Positions 17,834-30,481 of a stretch of DNA of 64,000 bases are shown here, in pieces (within the stretch, counting starts at the first letter, position 1; each line of letters opens with the position of its first letter). Position numbers and translations under genes: made by a program. The DNA is from Nitrospirota bacterium (lineage in GTDB: Bacteria > Nitrospirota > JACRHJ01), in assembly GCA_963845245.1 (NCBI GenBank), contig CAWJRJ010000012.1:1-64000 (forward strand), written 5' to 3'. The notes beneath the pieces were generated by a model, which was given only the letters and a program-made list of their open reading frames with translations, was not told where the DNA came from and searched no databases.

Positions 17834-19468
17834 CTATGTATGTTTTGCGTCCGAACTGTTATCGACTTCTCTAGTTAATAAATGTTCCATAAGTTCATGC
17901 AAGAAATCGATTGCCTTTTGAAGAATACCCTCAAATACGTTTATTAAGTCTTTATTACCAATGCCAAATTTTTGTGCAGCCTTCCGATACTTTTGTCCTT
18001 TTCTATGTGCTACCCCAGACCTTAATTCTTGAAGGTCTCTTAAGAATGTAATATGATTTTCACAATTAGGGAATTTCTCTTTATTTAAAAATATTTGAAG
18101 TTTTGAAATTCCCTTACAATCGGGCGGGACTTCCCCCAATTCCTTCAAAAGCTGAGTTTCGTTGATGGAGTCAATTAATACCTTGGTTAATGACCCCACC
18201 TGAGCATCAAACTCTGCTTGGTCATTTGAAAGCGGAATTCGTAGGGTTATGTAATGATGTTTATCTTCCTGTTTAAGAGGTTTGAAAAAGTTCCATTTGT
18301 TTTTTTCGAACCATTTTTTTTGAAAGATTTCAATAGCAGACTTGAGAATTAAATCTTCTTTTTCTGGTTCCGCAAATTCTGCTAAAAAACTTCTTCTAAA
18401 AGTAGTAGAACTTATTTTGCCATCAGGGGTTACATTATAGCTTTTCCAGTAAAGTTGTTCTGTATAGCTTAAGCCTTGCCCAAGGTATCCCAAAAAAACG
18501 ATGATATAGCTAGGGTGGTTATTATCAATATGAAGGCTCCAAAGGCTCCCACAGCGTAAATAGTTGTCGGATATTTCGTACTTTTCTGGCTGAGAATAAT
18601 ATTTAGATAAAACTTCCCTCTTAAAGAAGCAAGGCGTAAGAAAATTGGGTGCACCTTCATTACTACCAAAAAAATTAGCTAACTTTTGCGGGTTACAGGT
18701 AAAATGGATAGGTTCCCATTTTTTATTTTGCCCGATTATAAATTCTGCATATTGATTTTTTTGTAGTCTAGGTTTCTGAGGTATTAATAATTTTTTCCCC
18801 ACAGTTCTAGAAAGACATTTAAATTGTTTTGTCATCAAAAACTGATCTGATATAGAAAAAGAAAAGCAAAGATTGTTTTCGGAATATTCTTTAGGGCCCT
18901 CAGGCAATTCATTAATATTTAAAACAGAATAACGAATAATATCGAAAAAAATTGCTAATTGCATTTTTCTAATTAATAAGAATTCGTTTATTTCTTTTTG
19001 TCTAATAGAAATGATGTCCTTTTCAATTTTAATTACTACATCCTCTTCACCATTGTCGTTTATTTTTATGTATTGTTCATTTGCTCGCTCAAAATATAGG
19101 TTGTGAAATAGACGAAATTCTTCAAGAACTTCCCAGTATGGTTCTTTTAAGTCATTAAAAGTGCGTTTAATAACCAGTGGCTCATAACCATACGGGAATC
19201 GTTCATAGTAATCGCGTCCTTTTCCATTATGATAATAAGTACCGGTGCTAGGCTTGCCATCTCCTATTGATATTTCCCAAGAAGATCTAGACAGGACTTC
19301 TTTTGCTTTCGCTTTTGGTATTAAACCACTATAAAAAATGGTCCTGCTTTTATGTGCATCAATTATTGATCTATAAACAACAACCCAAGGCTCATTCCCA
19401 AGGTCGTTAATAAGGTAATTCTGCCAATCTTTTTGTAAAATATAGTCCACTTCATTAATGTTATTCAT
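17834..19468 (-). CDS. Low-GC hypothetical protein (544 aa) with a C-terminal RxxxxH (HEPN-like) motif
   Basis: AT-rich ORF starting MNNINEVD; LQELRSGVAHRKG near the C-terminus. Confidence 0.75.
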   Translation of the reverse strand: MNNINEVDYILQKDWQNYLINDLGNEPWVVVYRSIIDAHKSRTIFYSGLIPKAKAKEVLSRSSWEISIGDGKPSTGTYYHNGKGRDYYERFPYGYEPLVIKRTFNDLKEPYWEVLEEFRLFHNLYFERANEQYIKINDNGEEDVVIKIEKDIISIRQKEINEFLLIRKMQLAIFFDIIRYSVLNINELPEGPKEYSENNLCFSFSISDQFLMTKQFKCLSRTVGKKLLIPQKPRLQKNQYAEFIIGQNKKWEPIHFTCNPQKLANFFGSNEGAPNFLTPCFFKREVLSKYYSQPEKYEISDNYLRCGSLWSLHIDNNHPSYIIVFLGYLGQGLSYTEQLYWKSYNVTPDGKISSTTFRRSFLAEFAEPEKEDLILKSAIEIFQKKWFEKNKWNFFKPLKQEDKHHYITLRIPLSNDQAEFDAQVGSLTKVLIDSINETQLLKELGEVPPDCKGISKLQIFLNKEKFPNCENHITFLRDLQELRSGVAHRKGQKYRKAAQKFGIGNKDLINVFEGILQKAIDFLHELMEHLLTREVDNSSDAKHT

Positions 19469-19966
19469 GATTAAACACGCTCTCGCTAATGTCTCTTCTC
19501 TTCCCTTTTCCCGCGCTCCCCTGCGGATACCCCATCGCCACGACGGCCATAAGCTCCATCTGGGCAGGGCGCGTTTATCGCCTCCGCGACCTTCTCCTTG
19601 CTGCGCAGTATCTCGCCCAGCCAGACCGCGCCCAGGCCGACCGAGTGGATGTAGAGCAGCATGCTCTGGATGCAGGCCCCGATGGCCATGCAGTCCTTCG
19701 TGCGGTCGTAGGTCTTGGTGTTGTCCAGGAAGACGGCGATGAGCACCGGCGCGGACTTGATGATGCTGCCGTAGTGCGTGAGGCCGGAGATGGCATCTTT
19801 GACGCCCGGCTCTGTAATGACTGCGAACGCCCACGGCTGGTTGTTCAAGCCCTGACGGCGCCCAGCACGCCGCCTCTATCGCCTTGTTGATGATGTCCTC
19901 ACCGACGGCCTGCTCGGTGAACTTCCGCACGCTCCTGCGCGACTTTATAAGCTCAAGAATATCCAT
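19461..19966 (-). CDS. Nitroreductase family protein, two apparent +1 frameshifts (near 19850 and 19567)
   Basis: IKSRRSVRKF, WAPS-NNQPW-F, GLGAVW and, after repair, MAVVAMGYP; span 506 nt = 3n+2. Confidence 0.88.
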
Positions 19967-19982
19967 GGATGCTCCTCAAACG

Positions 19983-20567
19983 CTAGTTCTGCCTCTTCTC
20001 GACCGCGCAGAGGAGCACTGCCGCCGCGATGCCGAGCCGCCTGTCGAGCGTCTTTCTGTAGTCCTTCTTGAAGTCCAGCTTGATCTTGAGGAGGAACGGG
20101 TTGAAGTTCTGCGTGAAGGTGCAGACCTCCCTGCCCCGGATTGTACCGCTGTACGACTGGGGGATGAGGTTCGTGAGTAACCTTCGGACGATTGCGAGTA
20201 TTAGGCTGTCTTCCACGACTGTACCAATCTCCCTGTCGTTCTCGTCGAGGATCAGCCATTCGTCCCTTAACATGGACGTGATGTTTTTCCTCTGTATCGC
20301 CCCGACCTTGACGTTGTTGGCCGTGGAGTCGTAAACGTCGAAAGTATGCGATGTCAGCTCGAAGACCTTGCGGCACTTCAGGCAGAGCGCCTCTCCCTGC
20401 ATGTCCTCGCCGGTATACAGGCGTATATCCTCCAGCAGCTTGAACGGCTTCATCCTCGCAAAGAAGGCGACGGAGCCGCGCGGGTCGTAGATGTAGAACT
20501 TCCTGGCGAACGCGGTGAACAACTTCGTGCTGATGAGGTATTCAGAGTGCTCGAAGCTTGCGGACAT
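19983..20567 (-). CDS. LURP-one/scramblase-like beta-barrel protein
   Basis: KPFKL-EDIRLY, VGAI-RK--S-LRDEW-I-D and LDRRLGIA pattern. Confidence 0.6.
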   Translation of the reverse strand: MSASFEHSEYLISTKLFTAFARKFYIYDPRGSVAFFARMKPFKLLEDIRLYTGEDMQGEALCLKCRKVFELTSHTFDVYDSTANNVKVGAIQRKNITSMLRDEWLILDENDREIGTVVEDSLILAIVRRLLTNLIPQSYSGTIRGREVCTFTQNFNPFLLKIKLDFKKDYRKTLDRRLGIAAAVLLCAVEKRQN

Positions 20568-20590
20568 GCTGCCTCCCTGCGCGAGTAAAT

Positions 20591-20630
20591 AAAAAAAAGC
20601 GGCTGAACCTTTATAGATTCAACCGCTTTT
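20591..20630 (-). terminator. Intrinsic terminator
   Basis: AAAAGCGGTTGAA-loop-TTCAGCCGCTTTT with a T-run on the minus strand. Confidence 0.7.
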
Positions 20631-20723
20631 GGGGATAAAAGTAAAGAGGTTTTTAGAAGGGGAGCATCTGTATTGTCGGGACTGTGACGGTTAGACGGAA
20701 GGCTCGGTGTCTCCCTGAGCACA

Positions 20724-21077
20724 TTAGGGGGTGTCCTCGCTTTGCTCCTGCTGGGGTTGCGTTGTGCCGATTTTCTTTGCGTCGTAGATGACCTTGCCTC
20801 TTTGCTTGGCGCTCTGTGACTCCCGGAGGGCATCCACTTCCTTCTTGCCTTTTTCAATGCTTGTGGTATTCGAACTGATGACACATTTGTCGAAGGACTG
20901 GTTATAGTAGATGCCGTTCTTGCATCCTTCCTTCTGCATCGTGAAGCCGGTCTGCGTCTCGGCCGGAAGTGTTGACGGTTTCAGGTCCAGGAACCGGGTG
21001 GGCGCTTCGTCCTCTCCGGCGAAGATAAGAGTGGTGAAAAACAGGGATGATATTACAAGCAGCATTATAACCTTCAT
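20724..21077 (-). CDS. Small exported hypothetical protein
   Basis: ATG at 21077 after GGAGG; signal peptide MKVIMLLVISSLFFTTLIFA. Confidence 0.7.
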   Translation of the reverse strand: MKVIMLLVISSLFFTTLIFAGEDEAPTRFLDLKPSTLPAETQTGFTMQKEGCKNGIYYNQSFDKCVISSNTTSIEKGKKEVDALRESQSAKQRGKVIYDAKKIGTTQPQQEQSEDTP

Positions 21078-21574
21078 TACATCGCCTCCAGTACGCCTAC
21101 TTGCCGCCATACGGCTGACACCAGCAGCCAGTCGCCGCCGCGCTTCTCGAACGTCAGGCCGAATATGAACCCGGACGCCTCTGCCTGCCCGATGTCCTTT
21201 ATGTCTGAAACCTTTGCGCCGCGCGATATAACCGCGTTCATCGACATCTTCGCCCGGTTGCCGTTTACTTCGACTTCTTGTCGCCGAAGGAATATGTTTA
21301 TGTCGCCCTGCTGCATGAAGTAGTAGAGCATGATGCCCTTGAGGGCGTCGTAGTCGTTGCCTGTGGGGTCTTTGTACTCCTTCGCGATGTGTTGTTTCAC
21401 TCGCGCTATGTCCTTTGCCTGGGCGCCCTCGGCCATATCCTTAACGACGGCCTTTATCTTGTCGGTGTCTGTCTCGCCCTTGCCGCACCCGGGGAGCAGC
21501 AAAAAGAAAGCGCCCGACAAAAAAAGGGCGGCCGAAAACGCGGCAAGCATGTTTTTCATCGGGCGCATGAACAC
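21077..21574 (-). CDS. Lipoprotein, NTF2/SnoaL-like fold
   Basis: Lipobox LLPGC; helix-then-beta pattern ending FEK-GGDWLLVSA-W. Confidence 0.7.
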   Translation of the reverse strand: MFMRPMKNMLAAFSAALFLSGAFFLLLPGCGKGETDTDKIKAVVKDMAEGAQAKDIARVKQHIAKEYKDPTGNDYDALKGIMLYYFMQQGDINIFLRRQEVEVNGNRAKMSMNAVISRGAKVSDIKDIGQAEASGFIFGLTFEKRGGDWLLVSAVWRQVGVLEAM

Positions 21575-21592
21575 TCCGCCTTTGTGGTCAGG

Positions 21593-22339
21593 CTACTTTC
21601 TTACCATCCTGCGGCCGCCGCTTCTCTGCGCCAGCGCCTGCATGTAGGGCGGTATCTTCTGCCCGGCTGCCGGGGACTTCTCAAGGTAGAACTGTGTCCA
21701 GAGGTCGCCGTAGTTGCGCATCTTCATCTTTTCCTTGTTGGCTACCGCTGTCTGGTTCGCCTTCAGCTTGTCGTCGCCGGGGACCTTGGCCAGCCCGCGC
21801 CCGAGGATCTCGAGTGTTTTGTCGCGGTCGCCTTCCTTGAGCATGCAGTATGCGTAGACGCTCCAGAGCATGCCCTCCTTTGGAGTGGCCTTCACGGCCT
21901 TCTCGAAGGTGGCCACCATGTTCGTCTTGTCCTTCTTCTTCATGTAGAGTATGGCCAGCATCGCCATTGCGACCCAGTGCTTGGAAAAGCCCTTCAGGAG
22001 GTATGTGAAGGCGTTGTCGTCCTCCTTCATCAGGTAGTAGATGCTGCCAATCTGGGAGTTGATCTGAGGCTCGACGAAGAACTGCCATTTGCCGTACTTG
22101 TAGCCGGACTTGAGGGTGCGTATGGCCTTCTCGAACTTCTGGTTCTGAAGCTCCTTCGTCACCTGGCCCATCAGCGCCTCGACCTCCTTGAGGGTCCTCT
22201 TCGAGAGGAAGAAGTTCAGGCCGAAGAAAAGGGCCAGGGCGATAAGTATGGCCCAGGGCCGGTAATCGTGCGGCAGGGCAAACCAGAACGCCAAAAATAC
22301 TGTGATGCTAGAGCTTAACGATATTGCAAGGTTGTACAT
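21593..22339 (-). CDS. Membrane-anchored TPR-like protein
   Basis: Two N-terminal TM helices followed by TPR-like helical repeats. Confidence 0.7.
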   Translation of the reverse strand: MYNLAISLSSSITVFLAFWFALPHDYRPWAILIALALFFGLNFFLSKRTLKEVEALMGQVTKELQNQKFEKAIRTLKSGYKYGKWQFFVEPQINSQIGSIYYLMKEDDNAFTYLLKGFSKHWVAMAMLAILYMKKKDKTNMVATFEKAVKATPKEGMLWSVYAYCMLKEGDRDKTLEILGRGLAKVPGDDKLKANQTAVANKEKMKMRNYGDLWTQFYLEKSPAAGQKIPPYMQALAQRSGGRRMVRK

Positions 22340-22390
22340 TTTATAAACAGTCCTCCCGAACATTTCAAAGCGGGCTAGTCCACTCTGTGA

Positions 22391-23831
22391 TTAGATAAGA
22401 TACCTGTATATATTCACGCGGTACTGCTCAGGGTCGAGGGTACCGGCGATGTTCCATTTGTATTGTCCTGTGCCGTCTTTCTCCGTAAGGTCTACCTCCT
22501 TCCCCTGCATGCCGCCCGATATAGCCTTGACGACCGGCCTGTCGAACCCTTCGCCGGACCTGCCGGGAGAGGTTACGACACCCGTAGAACCGTCCGACAA
22601 GACGGCGAACGTGCCTACCGGATACGCCCCGGTCACGCGCATGAACAGTTCGAACAGGCCGCTGTCGTAATAGCTGCCTGAACGCGCCCTCATTATGGCC
22701 AGGGCCTTGTCGGGAGGGACCGCGATCGAGCTGTATATGCCGGACGAGGTAGCGGCGTCAAAGTTGTCCGCGATACGGACGACCTTCGAGTAAAGGTTCA
22801 TCTCCTTGGGTTCCACGACCTCAGGATACCCGCTCTCGTCCATGTTCCTGTGGTGCTCGTAGGCCACTATCATAGCCGAAACCGCGACTTCATTCAACCC
22901 TTTTAACCGAAGCAGCGTCTCGACGCCCATACGCGGGTGTTTCTTGAGGACCTCTAATGCGGAAAAGTCAAGTTCCTCGCCATATCCGGTCACCCGCGGG
23001 AGCACCTGCCTGCCGATGTCGTGGAGCAGGGCCGCCATCCCGAGCCTGGCCATCTGGTATTTGGAAAGCCCAAGCCTTTTCCCGATGCAAAGCGACAGCA
23101 CGCCCACGTTTGCGTAATGCCTTGGCATCAGGTCTTCCTTCTTCCTGATCGCGGTAAGCCTCAGCAGCGTCGGTTCGCCCTTGTATACGGAATCGACCAG
23201 GGACTGCACGGCGCGCTTGAGCTTTCTTATGTCGGCAGGGCTGCCCTGCGCAATCCCGTCATACAGCTCCTTTACGCGAAGGACCGCCCTTATATATGCC
23301 TTTGTCGCGGCCTTCGAGGCGTCCACGATCTTTTCAAAGTTGCTGGACGCCTTTGGCGGCTTCAGCTCATCCGTGGATATGCCGGCCAGCCCCGATTCGC
23401 CGACACGCCTGGCAAGCACCTGGTAGACCTCGTCTGACGAGGTGTCAGTGGAAAGGAAAAGGCTGACGAAGAGTATCAGGCCGGCCTTGTCCACCGATGC
23501 GCTGAAATTCAGCGAGCCGAGTTTTCGCTTCTTGAACTCGTTTACGAGCATGTCGAAGTTGTTGAAGTCCTCGACGTTGTATTTGACCCGTATGTCTTCT
23601 ATGAAGAGGTACTCGCCTATGAGCAGGAGCGAGAAACCCTTCCTTTCCTCGAGGAAGCGAGTTTATGGTTGCAGCCAGTGCGTCGGCGGCCTTCTCGACC
23701 GCCTCGTTCTTCAGGTCGTGCATCTGGGCGACCTTGATCAGGATGGCAAGCTGGTTCACCAGTATCCGCCCCGAGCTTAAAACCTTCTGGTTGAATGCCT
23801 CCTCAAAGGAGGCGACCGTCCTTGAAGACAT
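22391..23831 (-). CDS. HD-GYP domain phosphodiesterase, apparent +1 frameshift near 23656
   Basis: LLHDIGR, HP--G, EHH---D-SGYP, IADNFDA; span = 3n+1 across two ORFs. Confidence 0.85.
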
Positions 23832-23840
23832 GACCCTCCG

Positions 23841-25579
23841 TTACCTTGCCATCCGCTTTAAGGCGTCCGTGCATGCCAGATGCAACGCCCTGGATTTTGA
23901 ACTCGCGCCTTCCCTCAGCAGTGCCGCCGCATTTTCACCGCCCGCCGCCCCAAGCCCGTAGGCCGCGCATGCCCTGTTTAGTTCGCTTTCTTTGCCGCCG
24001 AGGAACCCCTTCTTCTGGAACTTCACTGCCAGGAACGGGAAGGCCTTCTCCTTGCCCGCCCGCCCGAGGAACTCGAGTAGCTCCCTTTTCTCCGCGAAGT
24101 CGCGGTTATCGAATTTCTTGTCGGAAACGATCGAGAGCAGCCTGTCGAACGCCTTGTCCGGTGAACGGTCGGTCAAAAGCCTCGATGCCAGCGCGCAGTT
24201 GTTGTGGTCAGGGTCTGAGATTGCCTCGGACAAAAACACGTCGGATTTTTCGGACTTGAGCGCGCCGAGCGCATGGATCACCTCGCGCCTCACCCGGGGC
24301 TCCGGGTGCTTGAGCGCGGAGCCTAAGGCCGGCAGGGTATCGGGGTCCGCCACCTTGCACAGGATCATTGCGATGTTCCTGGCAACAAACCAGAAACGGT
24401 GCCCCAGGTACTCCGTGAGCATCTTCCCGTTTCCGGCGCAGATGGTCGCGATTATGTCGGCGACGGCCTTTCGCGCCTTGCGGTTTTGCAGGGTCTCAAG
24501 CAGGCCCGTGATGTTTTTAAGGGCCGTCATAGTCAAGCTGCATCAGGTAGCTGCCGGCAGACTCCATTGCCTCCGGGCCGCCCTGGTCTATAAATTCTCC
24601 GACCATGCCGACAAGCTCCGCTGAGCCTGCCTTCTCAATGAACCGCTGGAGCTTTTGGCCCCTTTGCGAGATGTCGGGCCTGTCCGCCAGTTCCTGGACC
24701 TTCATCACAAGTATGGTCGCGAGGGCGAGGTCGCCCCTTTTCACGAATATCTCAAGGGCCCGCGTCAGGCTGTCCGCGACCATGTCAAAGAGTTCGTTCT
24801 CTTTCTCCGTCACGAGTATCTCGTAAAAGATATCTGTCAGCTCGGTCAGGAGGCTCAGGTCGTCGGGCGCGGTGAAGCTGCCGCGGATGGATTCGTAGTC
24901 CTCCGAAAAAGAGGTGGTGTCATCTGAATAGCCTGCCGTAGACCCGCTGCCATCCCCGCCATCCGCCAGAAGGCCGGAGCCTTGTTTACCGGCCATGCCG
25001 GGCGCGGACCTCCGCAGGTCGTCGAGTTCCCTCAGGGCTTCCGGCTCCTCTTCGAACGCAAGAAGCGCCTCCTCCTCGTCTGCCTCCTCGTCCGTCGCCT
25101 CGTCCGTGACGGTGTAGGTTACGCAGCCGAAGTCCTTTTCCCAAAGCAGCGTCACGAGGTCGTTGTCGAGCTCCATGTCTTTTACGTCCGTCTTCAGTAT
25201 GTCTATGAAGCCGTATACCTCTTCCGGCGTGATCCCCTTGTGGAAGCAGAACTCCCTTATGCCGTCCTTGAAGAACATCAGCGCAAGGTTGTCTTCCTTG
25301 TCGGGGTTGTGGTAGACCTGCTGGCCCATGAACGTCAGCTCGAACCGGTCGACAAGGAAGCTGAGCGCCTCCTCTTCCTCGAAAGAAGATACGCAATTTT
25401 TCCAGTAGTTCGTCGTAGAATTTTTGATAGACAGGGTTGTTGGGGAGGTACATCCTGGTGGCCTTTATGGTCTTCACCAGGACCATGACCACGTCTTTGG
25501 CAAGGGGGACGAGCTTTTTTGCCCGCTCCTCTTCCAGCCGGCCGGCCTCGTCGAACAAATCGGACACGGTTATGTCCAT
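23841..25579 (-). CDS. HEAT-repeat protein, two apparent +1 frameshifts (near 25390 and 24532)
   Basis: Three consecutive ORF pieces; WFVARN, HPEPRVRREVIHAL and RACAAYGLG HEAT-like repeats; span = 3n+2. Confidence 0.78.
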
Positions 25580-25581
25580 CG

Positions 25582-27147
25582 CTACGCCTTTTTGAAGGTG
25601 ATATGCCTCTTCCAGTCCCGGCCCCTCGTAGTCGCATCGCGACCTGTAGTGAGCGCCCGACGCTGCCCTTTCTCGTAAAGGCCGCCTGGGCTATAAGGCT
25701 GCCGGAGACAGCCATGTTCCGAAGCTCAAGGCCCTGCCTGCTCATGAAGAAGCCCTCTTCGAGTTTTGGCCAGGAGGCCATCTTCTCAAGCGCCTCGCCG
25801 AGGCTTTTTCCGCAGCGTATTATGCCGACCTTCGACCACATCAGCCTCCGGAGGCTGGTCCTGGCCTTGGCGAGGTCGAGCCGCTTGAACTCGCGCCCGC
25901 TGTATACTACGGGCTCAAGGCCCTTGGCGGGTAAGTTTTATCCCATGGCCCGCTTCGGCGGCCGCAAGCCCGGCGCGCGCCCCGAAGACGATGCCCTCAA
26001 GCAGCGAGTTGCTGGCAAGCCTGTTCGCGCCGTGCACGCCGGTGCAGGCCACCTCTCCCGCCGCAAAAAGGCCCGGCAGGTCCGTCGCCCCGTTCTCGTC
26101 CGTCCGGACACCGCCCATCATGTAGTGTGCGGCGGGCGAGACCGGTATCAGGTCCTCCGTGATGTCCAGGTCGTAGTTGAGGCATGTGGAGTATATCCGC
26201 GGGAACCTCTTCTTGAGAAAAGCCGCCCCAAGGTGCCTGAGGTCCAGGTGGACGAAGCCGGAGCCGGTCTTCACCATCTCGGAGACGATGGAACGGGACA
26301 CGACGTCCCTTGGCGCAAGCTCTGCCATCGGGTGGTAGGACGGCATGAACCGCTCTCCATTAACGTTGACTAGCAGCGCGCCTTCGCCACGCATCGCCTC
26401 GGACAGAAGGAACTGCGGCGCAAGCGGCACGAAGAGCGAGGTGGGGTGGAACTGGACGAACTCCATGTCCACCATGGTAGCGCCCGCCCGGTAGGCTATG
26501 GCCATGCCGTCACCGGTGGCCACCATCGGGGAGGTCGTACGCTGGAACACCTGCCCCAGGCCGCCGGTCGCAAGGACTACCGCCTTCGCGTAGATGGCGA
26601 CCAGCTTCTTCTCGCGCTCCTGCAGCACCAGCGCCCCGACGACCGCCCCGTCCCTCACGATGAGGTCAACGGTGAACGAGAAGTCGTACTTTTTTATGTT
26701 GCCGCACGCACGCACCTTAGCAAGCAGCGAACGCTCTATCTCCTTGCCGGTGGAGTCGCCATGGGCGTGCAGGATGCGGTTCTGGCTGTGGGCCGCCTCG
26801 CGGGTAAAGGCGAGCTTGCTCCCCTCCTTGTCGAACTGCGCCCCCCAGGATATAAGCTCCTTTATGCGCTCCGGGCCCTCGGTGACAAGTATGCGGACGT
26901 TGTCCTCGTTGCAGAGCCCGTCGCCCGCGTCTATGGTGTCCTTGAGGTGGAAGCCGATCTCGTCTTCGTCCGACAGGGCGACCGCCACCCCGCCCTGGGC
27001 GTATTCGGTCGTGGATTCGGATGCCTTGTCCTTGGTGATCACCAGGACGCGGCCTGCGCGGGAAAGCTCGACCGCTGCCCTGAGCCCCGCGACCCCCGAG
27101 CCGATCACGATGTAATCGGTGGAGACTACTTCAGATATGATTTCCAA
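25582..27147 (-). CDS. nadB: L-aspartate oxidase, about three apparent +1 frameshifts in the 3' part
   Basis: GSGVAGL, YAQGG, EAAHS--RILH, QFHPT, SEAMRGEG, HYMMGGV, HGANRLASNSLLE; repaired end S-GAHYR-D. Confidence 0.92.
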
Positions 27148-27157
27148 AATCAGCCTT

Positions 27158-27646
27158 CTACCGGACGACCCCGAAAGGCGAGTCCCCTGTCACGCTGTCG
27201 AGGGACAGGACGGTACCTGCTGCCTTAAAGGCGAATATGCTGTTTCCGCGTCCTTCGTGCTCCTGCCCGTCTTTGCCGGTCCACTTGCCGAACCAGTGGA
27301 AGACCACCTTCACCAGGTCTCCTTCAAGCTCCACCCGTTCAATGTCTGTTTCAAGCGAGACCTTCGGGAATTCTTCCATGTCCTTGCGCAGGCTGGTCTC
27401 CAGCTCGGAGTAGCCGCCTTTGAAGTCCTGTGAAACCGGCTTCAGCACACCCGCCATGTCCCTGGCTTCGTACGAGGCCTGCATCGCGTTCAGCGCCTTT
27501 AACGCCTCAGTCGCTTTTATGGAATCTTCGGAAGGCTTTACGGCCTTATTGCCGCCGCATCCGGCAGCCAGAAGGACAACCAACGAGAATAATATGCCGA
27601 GCCTTAAAAAGTATCTGCTTGCCAACGGACGCCCCCTTAGATTCAT
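27158..27646 (-). CDS. Lipoprotein (NTF2-like hypothetical)
   Basis: Lipobox LAAGC after a basic and hydrophobic leader. Confidence 0.7.
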   Translation of the reverse strand: MNLRGRPLASRYFLRLGILFSLVVLLAAGCGGNKAVKPSEDSIKATEALKALNAMQASYEARDMAGVLKPVSQDFKGGYSELETSLRKDMEEFPKVSLETDIERVELEGDLVKVVFHWFGKWTGKDGQEHEGRGNSIFAFKAAGTVLSLDSVTGDSPFGVVR

Positions 27647-27730
27647 GGACAATGAAAAACCTGATATTGTTTGAGAAATTATATATGGAAACCCTGAAAA
27701 GTCAAGAAAAACAGGCGGTAAAGAAAACAC

Positions 27731-28703
27731 CTAGGACAGCTTGACCCTGGGGTCGACCGCGGCGTATGCGATGTCGGCCAGCATGTTGCCGACCAGGGTG
27801 AGGAAGGCGCCTATAACGAGGTTGCCCATAACCAGCGGATAGTCGCGCGCGGTGACGGACTGCCAGAACAGCTGGCCCATCCCGGGGATGGCGAAGAGGT
27901 ATTCGAGGATCACGCTCCCGCCTATGAGGGCCGGGAGCGAGAGGCCCAGTATCGTTATCACCGGCATCATCGCGTTTCTCAAGGCGTGCTTGTAGATTAC
28001 GGCATTTTCAGTCAGGCCCTTTGCCCGGGCCGTGCGGATATAGTCCTGCCGCACCACTTCCAGCATGTTAGAGCGTATGTACCGCGATATCCCGGCGAGG
28101 CCGCCGAACGCGCCGATGGCGACTATCAGTATTATGTGCTGGAAACTGTCCCAAAGGGATGCGAACAAGCCCATTTCATTGGCATTTACGCTGTGAAGGC
28201 CGGAGATGGGGAGCCAGCCGAGCTGCACCCCGAACAGTATCATGAGAAGGAGCCCGAGCCAGAACGAGGGCATGGAGAAGCCCAGGAATACAATTATGGT
28301 CGTGGACTTGTCGAAGAAGGAGTTTCGCCTCACTGCGGACAGGATCCCCAGCGGCATCGCTATCAGGAAGGCGCCGACGAGTTCCAGCACGTTGATGGAA
28401 ATAGTTACAGGCAGCCGCTCGACAATCTTTTTGAGCACCGGCTGCCCGTCGATGTAGGAGTCCCCGAAGTTCAGCCTTGCAAGCCTGCCGACCCAGTTGC
28501 CGTACTGCACATAGAGCGGTTTGTCCAGGCCGTACAGTTTTTTCAGGTTCTCCCGCGCCTGCGCGGATGCCTTGGGGTTCATCTCGGTCGCCACCTCCAC
28601 CGGGTTTCCGGGGGCGAGGTGGATCACGATGAACGAGATTATGCGTTATCCCGATCAGCAGCGGGACCATGAGGAGCAGGCGGTGCGACAGGTATCTTAA
28701 CAT
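27731..28703 (-). CDS. Peptide ABC transporter permease (OppB/DppB-like), apparent +1 frameshift near 28642
   Basis: [10 protein letters not shown] start; [30 protein letters not shown]. Confidence 0.9.
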
Positions 28704-28837
28704 GGCTTGAATATTAGCAAAAAGCGGGGAGGTAATCAATCTAAAATATATGGAAAATAAAGGATAAAAGGTGGTATTATAAATATGTGACGCTGAAAGG
28801 CCGGATATTACGGCAATCATTTTCGGGAGGAGAGACC

Positions 28838-30477
<1,640 letters not shown>

Positions 30478-30481
<4 letters not shown>

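Noticed and set aside
17834..19966. 710-aa ORF suggesting a nitroreductase-HEPN fusion
   Set aside because: Artefact of two frameshifts: the repaired nitroreductase stops at 19461 and the AT-rich gene has its own ATG at 19468
13264..27147. nadA and nadB as pseudogenes (NAD auxotrophy)
   Set aside because: The breaks are single-base insertions like those across the window; motifs are intact
11463..28703. OppF-like and OppB-like genes as one transporter operon
   Set aside because: They are 15 kb apart on opposite strands and the other subunits are not in the window, so linkage cannot be shown
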